A DNA stretch of 64,000 bases from Catajapyx aquilonaris (taxonomy: Eukaryota). Positions within the stretch are counted from its first letter, which is position 1, and the number at the start of each line of letters is the position of its first letter. Both the position numbers and the translations under genes were made by a program. The stretch covers positions 1-64,000 of the forward strand of contig JYFJ02004390.1 of NCBI GenBank assembly GCA_000934665.2, written 5' to 3'. Shown one piece after another: positions 36,601 through 48,234 of the stretch. The notes below the pieces were generated by a model. That model was not told the DNA's origin and did not search any database. It saw only the letters and a list, made by a program, of their open reading frames with translations.

Positions 36601-38370
36601 ATTCGGGGACTTTGGCACTCTAAGGAAGCCATCTTTGTTGCTCTACTCTCGTACTGTGTTTTCACCTTCCCTGGAAATCGGAAGGATAGTCTCAATTAAG
36701 TGTCGGTGAACGTGTATGTCCTCACAGGTCAGGACCAGCTTGCCTGAGGATTAGGAAGCTTATAAGATAAATTCTGGACTAATTGTAGTGTATGCAGAGA
36801 CAATTGCATTATTTTGCATTATTCCATTACGCTCTTTTAGTAACCCAAACTGTGGGCATCAGGCAAGACAGTAAATTTAAAAACTCTGAAACAACGTTGT
36901 ACTGTGCAGGAATATTATGCAGAATCCTATTGACAGAGCGGTCAGTGCAGTTGACCGGGCAATCACGTCTCCCCCCTGAAATTCACGCTGACAGCGAATT
37001 GCGTTACTTGTTTCGGCACGCATAGGTAAGGCTACTTAATCTGCCAATCCAATAGAATAGGATAATTAACATTTAGTGCCGCAAATCATTTCGGGTTGAT
37101 GGTAGGCTACACCGCCCTATGTTTGCCAGACTGCAAATGATGGCGCAGGGCTAGGTTTACAGACCATTAAATATAATGCTTCATTGGCGTAAAATGAGAA
37201 GCGGCATTGTTACCGCCACAGGGACAGGACCTGTTTTGCTTTGGTGATCAGGTCAGCAGGGGCAACTCCCCTTGTTGCATGCACTCGCAGAGAAGTGGAT
37301 GCTGTGAGGGGAAAAATTTCCAGTCCGCCATGAAATATTGCAAATTGCTTTCCACTCGGATCAATCACTACACTGCAAATGACTAACTTGGCCCCGTAAA
37401 CAGGCGATTTGTTTTTCACGGCATTTCGTTTTCAAAATTAAAAACGCGATTCTTGCCTGCTAGGCATTTAAGCAGCATTAACCGGATTAGCTCACAAATC
37501 CAAGGTTGTGAAAACCACGCTGAGCTTACACTGGTGCGGTGCGTAAAACATCATACAGAGGATCAGGACGCATTATGATGTAGACTATAACAGCAGGCCA
37601 GCCGAGGCTTTGTCACCAGCGAATTTTTCCCCCTCACATCGTTATTTTTTTAAGGTACTGTCCCTTACATGTTTTGGCTGAGAGGCAGTTTTATGAAGGT
37701 AAGTAACTTAGTGACAGAAGGTATAATCTCTTGCTTAGTAATAAAAAGTACTGTACAAGATTCTGACACCGAAAAAATATGGATCTGGACCTAAGTTGGG
37801 CCAGGAGACATACATTAAAATGAAAACCTAACCGGTATAACGTTTAGCTAAGATCAAATCCATATTTATGAGTCAAGTAGGTCGCCTATAGTCTTGGAAA
37901 TGAGAGATTAACTGAGCTTCATAATATCGTGCACCCAGCTTTCCTGGCTTCCAAAGCCCTGCTCTAGTCACTTTTTTTCAAAACTGCGTATTACAGGGAC
38001 CATTCCCTTTGACGGAATTTTATTCAACTATGCATGCAATAAACACCTCAATATAGCCGCACCAGTTGTACGCGTCAAAATCTAAGGCATGTGTCATAAC
38101 TTTTCGCCTTGTTCTCCCCGAATAGTAAACCTAATGAAAGACCGCAGCAACAGGATTCCTCCTGTGCTCACTTAATTGACTCCTATCGCAATATGAAATC
38201 CACCATGAATGGTAAAAAAGCGTCTAGTCCACTATAATAGTCGCTCATGGAACTAGGAACGTCCCTCGCCATTACTATGGCTGGCCCCGGCATTGCAGTA
38301 CATCCGGGGCCGCCTGGCTAACAATGCTCGCGAATCGCGACCATGAGCCATACCTGCCGGGTAACCCCTG

Positions 38371-38400
38371 CAACCCAACCCAACCCAACCCAACCCAACC
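38371..38400. repeat. (CAACC)n pentanucleotide repeat
   Basis: Six tandem CAACC units. Confidence 0.9.
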
Positions 38401-41400
38401 TAGCCCAATGCATAATAGCAGCAGGGTCTGTTATTAAAGAGTGCGTAAAAAGAAATCCCCCATCCGCACGCACCATTTGACCGAATTTTGCCTGAGGGTA
38501 TACCCTGTCTCCTGTATCGGTTATGTCGGTTTTTGAGGCTTAGGTCTCACCCGGAAAGAGTGACAGGAGCCCGAGTGGATCAAATAGGTATAGAGCCTGA
38601 GGTGGAAACAGGAGAAGCGGACTGGTACGAAGTGAGGTCGTCACGGACTTTGCTAAATTGGAAAAACGTCAGGTTTGGAGGCGGAATTGGCCGAGGCTGC
38701 GGGGGAAGAGAGAAAAGCTAGAGAGAAAGGGAGAGATAGAGAGAAAAGGCCCTCTTTGGGCTTGAATAGATTTCATAAACGGAGGGCAGGTGTTTCCGGC
38801 AAATGAAGTCTTTCGGACTCCCGGATGAAGCCACTTGTAATGGCATTTTCTCCTACCTGGGATCGATTTTACCGCGTTATCCCGGAGAAGAGGAGAGGAA
38901 AGTGCAATCTGGGATTAAGGGTTCCATTAGCATAGCTTTATCAGACGGATAAAGAATGAAGACTGGCAAGTGGAGTGTTTTTGGACCTGCAAAAATAAAG
39001 GTTTTTGCACTGCAAGTGAGCTGTGCGTGCAGTACAAAGAGAGCTCGAAAATACATTATTTCGCGAGTATAGTTAGTTAGTGTATTATGAAGGGCTCAAT
39101 GTGGTCGCGTGTTAAATTCACCGACTGTCTTTACTTAAATGGTCTGAGCGGGACTAGCAGCATGGCCTCAGGCTTTAAAAGTGACAAGGATGTACTTTTG
39201 AAAGAAATACTGTTGGCAGACTTGAATTGAAAAGTTGTAGTGCAGTATTTTTCTATTTGAAATGAAGTTACGTTTGGAACAAAGACAAACGTATAGGGTC
39301 GGAATGCACAATTTCGAATTTCAGCTACGGATTTTTTTTTTTTCCTTTTAGAAATTTTAATTATAGAAATGTTCAATAAAAGTTCAGGTCTCGTACTTAA
39401 AAGAGCACAACATGGCAAAAGTGTTACGCTCACTGTATTCTGTGGCCGACGGGATTATCCTACCAGAGTAGGCAGAAAGCACAATATGCAGTATTATTGC
39501 ATTGTAGCCGGCTTAGCGTAAGTATGCTAATCTCACTACACGCGACAACAGATTGAGGATAAAACGCCGACATCCTCACAGTAAATGGCCCTTTTTCAGG
39601 TACCTCTTTTGAGCAGTGGATAAAAAGTACACCTTTTCATTTGGAAAAAAAAATGTCAACTTCATGTCACCTCAGGTTTTTAGATGAACTGTCCATAAAA
39701 TAGCGTGTCAGGAGTCGTGATTAACTCCATGAATATTTTCGGGCGAAACAAAGATGGTTTTGCATAATTATCCGTGGAGTGCCATTAAGACCCCTTTCTA
39801 GGTAGGTGTTTCTGGAGAGGGTGGGTGGGAGTGGGACTTATCAAGATTTGCAGCATTAATAGGGTGTTAGTTGCGCGAGGAAAGCGGGCCAGGTGATGAA
39901 TCAGCCTTGATTGTCCTTGGCGTGGAAAATGACTGCGCAACCTCCCTGATATAAACCGGGNGGGGTGGGGGGGGGAGCAGATGGTAGCCGGCGCAGAGTG
40001 ACAAAAATTTCCCCTGCCTGTAAATTTGGAAAATTATATGGTCCAGTAGAATGTGATAGCATGTAGGGGTCTACTCGCGACCACTTAGCCAAATTGACCA
40101 TTTCATGAAGTTATCGATTCGCTAGTGAACATTTCACGAACCATTTCATGAACGACTCAATTTCGCAAATTGGATCCGATATACGGTACCTTGAGCAAAA
40201 TATAACTTTATACTCTCACACGTATCGTGTGAGTGGAGCCGCACGTGCAATTTTAATAAATATCAGACGCTGTTAATTGACTATACCGAGGGTATCACTT
40301 TCAGGGCCACTTATTTAAGTCGGCTATATTGGATGTCTTTAGAAAAGCACTCAGTATCATCATTACAATCTATGTGCGCTATTGGACGTATACCGGTATA
40401 CCAACATGCAAACGATATGACATAAAGTAGGTATATATGATTGCAGATCTTGTATCTTGTGAGTGCGAAATGCTTTAAATGGAGCAAGGTAGTGGCACTC
40501 ACAAAAAGTGTTGGCAATAATGTTTGGGTGATAATACAGCAAACCATACTTCGTAATCCGATAATGTTGCATCGAGATACTAAAATTTTGATTGACTTTT
40601 CACATTTTCAGTGTTGTTATCCGTTGGCGGAGTGTTTGGAAAATATGATCATATCAGAGGCGTAGACCACAATTGTGATTCAGAAACACCTCGAGAATTT
40701 AGTTGTGCAAATTACTACAGTCCTCCAAATTTTGAGAGGAGAACATCTAAATCGTGATTTATGATCATAATTATGTAAACTGGGCCAATGGGTTTTTATC
40801 AGTCTTAACTAGATATCGAATTTGGACAAACCACTGCTTACCATTTCTATTGACAATAGTTTGACCAAACTCTGGAAGGCACCAGGGGCTCAACCGTAAT
40901 TTTTACTACAAAATACCAGAGGACTCTTTTATTCATATGGTGTTCTCTATACCTGTGGTATCACGCATGAATTATATTTCAAACGCCCTTTACATGCTGG
41001 GCAGTGCGAGTGAGCTGTCCGAAAATAATGACCAATGTGTGCTTGACTGCTGCCGCTTGTCGTAGAAACAAAATAGAGAATGCTGCTGGAGGGGGAAGCA
41101 AACTCAATACTACCAGACTTTCCTCTCTTCGGTCAACATGGAAATTGTAGTTTACACTGTCAACTGCTTTGTTTGTCCAGTTCTGCATGTTTCGTTCCCA
41201 CTTCTGTATTCCCGAGAGAGAATTTCCTAACTACTTAGTTGCACGTGTATATACCCGATGTGTCGCCATAAACTACCCCCAAGGCACGGGTAACTATCAG
41301 CCACAGAGCTCATGTACAACTATTGTAGTTAGCAAGTAAGCATATTATAGTTATTGTATAGTATTACTGTAGCATATAGAGTCACTGGTTGGCAAACCGA

Positions 41401-41651
41401 GTTTGCCATGTTCCTCTTCGTTTCTCTCCCCCTTGACCTCTCTCTTGGCCTTCCTCCAACCGACTGCTTCATTACTAGAATTCGGCACTCAAGGGCCTGT
41501 ATAATTCCCAAATGAAGACACTTTCCGTGGCAAGTATTTCCTTGGTTCGAGAGACGCTATTCCAGACTCGGAAGTTTCCGATACTTATGCAAGCCACGCC
41601 CTGAAGATGGTATATTGTAATGGATCCGTCTCGACGGAGGTACCGGTATAG

Positions 41652-41691
<40 letters not shown>
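41652..41691. repeat. (ATA)n microsatellite
   Basis: Direct reading. Confidence 0.95.
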
Positions 41692-41692
<1 letters not shown>

Positions 41693-42258
41693 CCGCTGGA
41701 AAGGGCTGGGACCTTTAAAGGGGGAGCTTCTCTTAAATTCCTGCCTTCATTAATCACTACCCTGCTGACGGATTTGATAGTGGGAGGAAACGGGAGATCC
41801 GCGAGAAAACGGAGAGAAACAATCGTTGAAACTGTCTGTCCACATGAGAAAATCGAATGCAGAATCTTAGATGGGACCTTAACCACTACGTCACCTAGCA
41901 GCTCTCAGTAACAGGCGACAAAAATAGAATTATGAAAATTTCTTCGCAGGGGCCAAACAAAAGTTTCTTATTAGACAAGTTTTTATTATATTCAGGGCGC
42001 GTCATAAAATAGGCAGATTTTGCTCTATGGCAAGAACCTATATGTAATAAGTCTACTGAATTTTCTTTTTATGTCCTTCGATATCTGCAATCTGATTAGC
42101 TCTCGCAGACCTGTAAGAATTACTACAGCGTGAAAGTGACCTTTGTATGAATACCCGGTTATAATAAAACTTACAGGTATTAACACATGACAGTCTTAAT
42201 CGAAGATTTTCTATTAAATTTTGTCGACACAATCGGTCTCTTTAAAGCGAATGTTTAA

Positions 42259-42695
42259 CTAGGAAAACCCTCGCTCCGCTCGCATTTTCCTAGGGCGCAG
42301 GCCTAGAAAACCACTCGCTTCGCTCGCTCTTTTCTAGGCCTACGGTCTGGGGTACCTATAAAAAAAATTCGGCGCACCATATCGCCTGGGGAGGGTGTAA
42401 CGTTAGCCCTTAAGCAGTCTTCGAACGGCCCGATTAGTGAGAAGTGAGAACATGACTGCCCTGTGTCTGTCGTTCCATAAAGGGAACTGACTCTGTTAAC
42501 AACTTCACAGTAGTGCCAACAGGGAAACAATACAGAGAAGGAATGGACAGTTTCCCCGGCAACCCAACACAGGAGTTGTTTAAACCCCCATTGCGCATAA
42601 GTAAAACGCGGGCCAATGGGGAGGTGGCGGTAACAATATGCGGCGGACCAATCAGAGGGCTCGGCCAACTCCGGCAAGGATTTTAATATATATGA
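42259..42695 (-). mobile_element. Non-autonomous Helitron
   Basis: Minus strand reads A|TC(ATATATATTAAAATCC)...(GGGTTTTC)CTAG|T: canonical 5'-TC, 3'-CTAG, A/T target, no TSD, with subterminal GC hairpins. Confidence 0.85.
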
Positions 42696-44200
42696 TACCC
42701 CAAGTCATGAAGCAACAGTTCATTTGACTCTCACATGTGTTGTATGAAACTTCAAAGGCAATATGAAGTCGCCATGATCCCCGAGATGATCCCAGCAAGT
42801 TATTACTGTACAATAATGTTGATAGTTCTCTAAACGAATGCGACGTGGGAGCAGGCTTAACTTAATCTCTTTGTTCCTAATGACTATTTGGTGCTTAGGC
42901 GCGGATAAAATCATACTTGATGATCTCTTCCATCTGAGTGAATGTAAATAGCAGAAGCGTCTCCGGAGAGTGGATAAAATAGACCCAGGCAGTTTTTCTC
43001 CCAAGGCAATCCTTTCTGGCGAGAAGTGTTTTTGCGGAACGCCTGGGAAGCCCAGGAGGGTGTTTTTAGCCGCTGGGCCAAATATTCCGGGCAATGATTA
43101 TTTTGACAATTATGCGGAGGAGAGGATGGGGGGTAGGCGTTGGACTGGGCGGACCTTTGAGGAAATGAAGTACGGCTTTAATTTCGCCCGGAGTCGTCAT
43201 TATTCCTCATACGCAGTTGGGGCGAGGAACAATGGCGGGCCAAATTGGTCGTTATGCACCCAAATGGCTTACATTAAAGATGAGGAATTTTTAATCCGGA
43301 TTCTCCTCTTGCCCGCCTATTACTCTGTGTTCTTATGCAGTGGGCCCTCTTTTTGTGCCAGGCCCAGAAACTTGGGCTGAACTGGATGATAAAAAAAAAA
43401 CAGGGCGAGATGCTGTGATGGAGGTTTTGAAATGCTAATCACCTAGGACAAGTGTATGCGGGAGTGGAATTTGTGTTTGGCACCTCCGATAGCAATTTGG
43501 ACATATTTGACACTAGATGACATAATTTTTGTGTTAATTATAATGGAGCTGTAGTCTAACTTTTACCGCGACTCTTTGACAACTCGGAAATGATTGGCTG
43601 GCAAAAGAATGGAACTGACAGGCATGTACAGTACATGTAAACTACAATATGACATGGTTTGCTCAACCGAAAACATACACACTATTCATGTGGCATGCAG
43701 GCTTGAATTCTGTGTTGTTTGAGGGGCATTGCCGCAAACAATGATTGTATGCGGTATATCTTACGCATCCATAAAATGTCAACAACATAAGAGAAGGAGC
43801 GAATGAAGAAGCTTTCTTGTAGAACGATGGTTCCTTCTGATATGAAGCCTTGGTTTGCATTTTGGTCGACATTGAGTTAGGCATTGTGTAATGTAGTCCT
43901 TTACTCACATTTTCTGATGCTCTAGTTATCTTTCTACTGCAACAATTGAATGTCCCAATACGACAAGGGCCCAATTCTGTAGCCTAAAAATGTTGGGGAC
44001 ACAATTAAAAAGTGTCGTAATTTTCAAACTATCTATTTGAGCCACACTTGGAGACGTAGATGATGTAGATCATGATGGATAATTTTCTATGCTATATATG
44101 GGCTGGTGTTAAATAGAAATATATTTTAGCGAACTACACCATTACTTCAGGCGGAAGTTGGCTATATATTGGGCCCACTAAAGAATGTTTGGAAAACAAG

Positions 44201-44278
44201 TGAATCGGTCATTTTGAAAAGGGGTCATATCCTTGGAAAATGCGCTGGAGATGACCCCTTTTCCAAATGACCGATTCA
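44201..44278. repeat. 78-bp hairpin (32-bp stem, 2 mismatches, 14-nt loop)
   Basis: TGAATCGGTCATTTTGAAAAGGGGTCATATCC / GGAGATGACCCCTTTTCCAAATGACCGATTCA. Confidence 0.85.
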
Positions 44279-46627
44279 AGTATTCCGTAAGGTAGGCCTA
44301 TAATGCTCTCTTCAAATTTCAAACTCTCATCTATTCCATTGTCACTCTGATCGTTCTTTCATGCACTCACATGCTTGTTTTATCCTACACGCATGTTAAT
44401 ATAACTTATGTTAATATGTTTTAAAAACTACTATTCTGTTAGATGTCGTTCAGTAGGGTATAGCCATAGCTATGCCACCAAAGGTACAGTACATATTTAA
44501 TGAAATATTCTTTTTTGTCACCCACAGACATGCAGACGGCGACACGAAGCTAAACTGAAAGCATGCAAATTATTCATATGGGACACTGACTGAAACCTCA
44601 TGCCATTTTTGTTGAGAATGCTGAGCAGCCTAAAAAAAAGAGATTGGGCTTAACTTATGTGTGAACATTTTCCACGGCCCTCAGTTTGGCTAACCTCAAC
44701 TCAGGTCCAGAAATCGAATGTAAATAATGAGCAGAGGTGGTACGAAAAGTGGTAGGTGTGGTGCTGGCGAGCTTCACGAGCAACACCCGTGGTTGATGGT
44801 GCGGACACTTTAGAAGTACGCATAAAAGCATTTGAGATCCCCCAGGGCATCTGTAGCTAAAACTCCAGCGAGCCTGATATAATTCGCATAATTTCATTTT
44901 TTTTGTTATAAAAAGGAACTGATATCCAGACCGGGGAGACTTTCGGTCTCTAATTACACGTAACGCTGGGTAAAAACTTCCGCCTAGAAACTGAAAATAG
45001 CCCGTAGGGCTGGCTGAAGAACACAGTTTTCTCCTCGTTACCGTTATTTTCTTTCCTTTTAGTAACATAGAGAGAGACTTGCAAGTGTGACATGGAGGGA
45101 ATTTCTGATAGTGAACCCCAGGCAGTTTCTTTAATTGTGCCTCTGGGGGCTTCTGATGTCAATTAAAACAGCCAGGGCTCCTCGTTTGCGAGTTTGGGGG
45201 TCTTCATATTGTGGGCTAAGTGAAGAAGTGCGCCGTCTTGAAGAGGGCGCCCAGTCCTGACTTAATTATGATGTATTTCACTTTTGTGGAAGAGACAACG
45301 CCCAGGTAATTTGGTGGATGAAAGCCCACTTTTTCACGACTTCGCCCCCACCTCCCCAAACTTGAAACTTTCACCATTATTTTTCAATGCCCAGGTCTGC
45401 TTATTAAGACTTTTCAATGGGAAGCAGGATTAAGCCCCCACATTTAATCAAGTTAAGGCAGGTTGGTACAATGCTGGAAACACACTACGTTTGTTTCCAA
45501 GTGATGACTTGCGGTGGGTGTGTGCAGTAGGGTAGGAATGCGGCAGCAGACTTAGGCCGCGTAATAAACCTGCGACCTCTTCTTTGTTCGAGAGGCTGCT
45601 AGTGTAACGCTATTCATCACAGACTAACTCAAAAGAGCCCTTTGTGAGCAGCTTTTCGGAATTGTCTATTTTGTACTACTCTGACCCATTTGGTATTGTG
45701 CGTAATGCTATGTGTTTCTTCGCCTCCAACTCCTCCTGCTCTTTGTGCCGCCGCTGTTATTATACGTCGGCCGGAAAGTGTTCGCGTGCAAATGCCCAAG
45801 TGCCCCGCTCTATCCCTCCACCCCCTGGTACCCCCTCTTCACTTGGTGTACTTTGTGGAAAGTTTGGCTACGTCAAAAGGACGTAACTGGGAGCTGGGCT
45901 CTCTGCATGAGAACCGTGCATCCTTCAGGCTTGTTGCCGCGCCAAATGTTCCATAACTCCACTCTTGTTGTTTTAGGTTGCAGGCAGAATTGAAATCGTG
46001 CGGTAAGTAAATGATGCCTTGCATACAATGCGCGCAGTCATCAGGCTAGATGCGCGGTTATTTTCGTAGCAGCTCCTCAGCGCTTGTGCACACTCTCGTT
46101 CATACTGTATAACCACAATCAGGTTAATAATTATACATGGGGGAGTCTGAACTTCGGGTTTTTTTAGCGAATGTACTCGTTGGGACGATACAATTCATAC
46201 AAAAATTATTTTAGACATTACAACGAGTACCCTGACAAAATAATGAACTGGAATTTTAACTCACCCTGTATATAGGAAATGTCTACAGTACAGCAGTACA
46301 TTGTGACTGAGTGTGGGTGTTGTGTGTTGCGTGGAGATTTTAAAAGCTCACTACTGACGTTTAAAATGCCCTCTATCACAAGTGGCCTCGTTTGTGATTG
46401 TACTATTAAAGGGCTAATGACTGTCGCTTTGAAACAGAGTTTTACCAACATGTGGGATGCACCTGTCACGACCTTTCTCTGCACAGTGACGTAATGAATA
46501 TGCATATCAGACTGTGAATATGTTCTATGGCCGTATAAATAAATAAATATATATATAAAATATAAATATATAAATATAAAATATATATTTCGGGTTTCAT
46601 CCATGTATGCTTACACTCGACCTACAT

Positions 46628-46870
46628 CAGTGCTTCCCAATTTCTTTCGTTGGCTATCCCAAAAAATAGTCTTGTAAAATTTGCGACCCCCTATACGTGC
46701 ACATTTCGATCCGCCAACATGAAAACAGTGAAATGACCTTACATTATGGTCATGATTTTCAAGAAAGATAGCATCATTTTGTGAAAATAATTGGTTACCC
46801 TTCCTCGCGACCCCAAATATTATTTTCGCGACTCCAGATGGGGTCGCGACCCACAATTTGGGAAGCAATG
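46628..46870. mobile_element. hAT-Charlie-type MITE
   Basis: TIR CAGTGCTTCCCAA / TTGGGAAGCAATG. Perfect 8-bp TSD ACCTACAT (46620-46627, 46871-46878). GCGACCCC repeats as in 8926-9141. Confidence 0.9.
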
Positions 46871-47786
46871 ACCTACATAATTTATTCCTGTAGGAATAAG
46901 AAGAAAAAATAATGGCTATATTAACACAAATAACGTTAATTTTTATTATCGGACGTGTTACTTAAAACTTATGCTACCTTTTGCTCTTCGGTTCTCTCAG
47001 ATATACTGGATATTATAGGTCATAAATTATTCCCTTTATTCTATAACCTTGTCGATCGAGTTCACTGTGTAGTCCATTTGATTATTTCTTTTCGCCGGCT
47101 GTGACCCAAAGTTTAGCATATACTGTATTGCTGGTAGCATGGCATGCTCTCCTATATAGAACAAACACACAATGTTCACAGGTTAAGGTAATTAATTTTA
47201 CTAAAGGCATTAATAATTTTGCAGTAATTATGTGCTCACTTTAATGAGAAGAGTCCTAGAACGTCTCCAGCATACATTATAAAGCATATTACTGAATTGA
47301 CATCATTCCGTGGGTGTGTGTGTGTGTGAAGGGTTGCTTCAAGACAAGGATAAAGTGGCCAAAACAATTTGAGCCCCATAGTACAGTTGGTTCGAGTTCC
47401 GCATAATCTGGTAAGAGCACGATGATAGGCCTACTACAGTATAAACATTTCAGGAAATTGAATAACTCCCACGCTTTTGGCGTATACGTGACTGCAGTTG
47501 GATTAAATCGACATGTTTGCAATAGTTATCGGTTTTTGGCACTAAGCTACTTATTATTATAATAAGGAGTAGCGAACATTTATTTTCAGGAGTTAGCAGA
47601 AATATTAGCTGATAAGATTAGGTTGAATGGACGTACCTCTTTAGGCCATGAATTGTAACGAATTTTCTAACTTCAGACATTGAGATTGATCAAGTGTGAC
47701 CGACTGTCACTTCAGATTACTGATTGAATCCATTTTTTGCAACCTAGGCTCTCCTGCATCAGTAAAAACATCACATATGGCATAAA

Positions 47787-48234
47787 CAGTAGGGCCTACG
47801 TATCCGCTGGGATTGATTCCAGAACCTCCCGCTGATACTTAAATTCGCGGATGCTCAAGTAACTTATACAAAATGGCATCGAGTTTGCATGTAACCTACA
47901 CATATCATTCCGTATACAGTACTGTACTTTAAATCTCTAGATTACTTATATAATACCTAATGCAATGTAAATGCGATGTAGTTGTTATAGTTGTTATACC
48001 GTACTGTATTGTTTAGGCTTTACGGGATAATGACAAGAAAAAAGTCCGGACATGTTCAGTACAGAAACAACCATTTCATTGTAGGCCTAACTACATAGTA
48101 CACGTGAGTGAGGCGAACAATGCATAAACAACGAGTTCTGGAGGATATGTGAATGGTATATGGCGCTTGGAACTTTTTTTCTGAATATTTTCGATCCGCG
48201 GTTGGTTGAATCCACGGATAAAGAGGGCTCACTG
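47787..48234 (+). mobile_element. TcMar-Tigger MITE resembling mammalian MER2/MER2B
   Basis: CAGTAGGGCCTACGTATCCG...CGGATAAAGAGGGCTCACTG|TA. Internal blocks match the MER2 consensus as I recall it (not searched). Confidence 0.78.
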
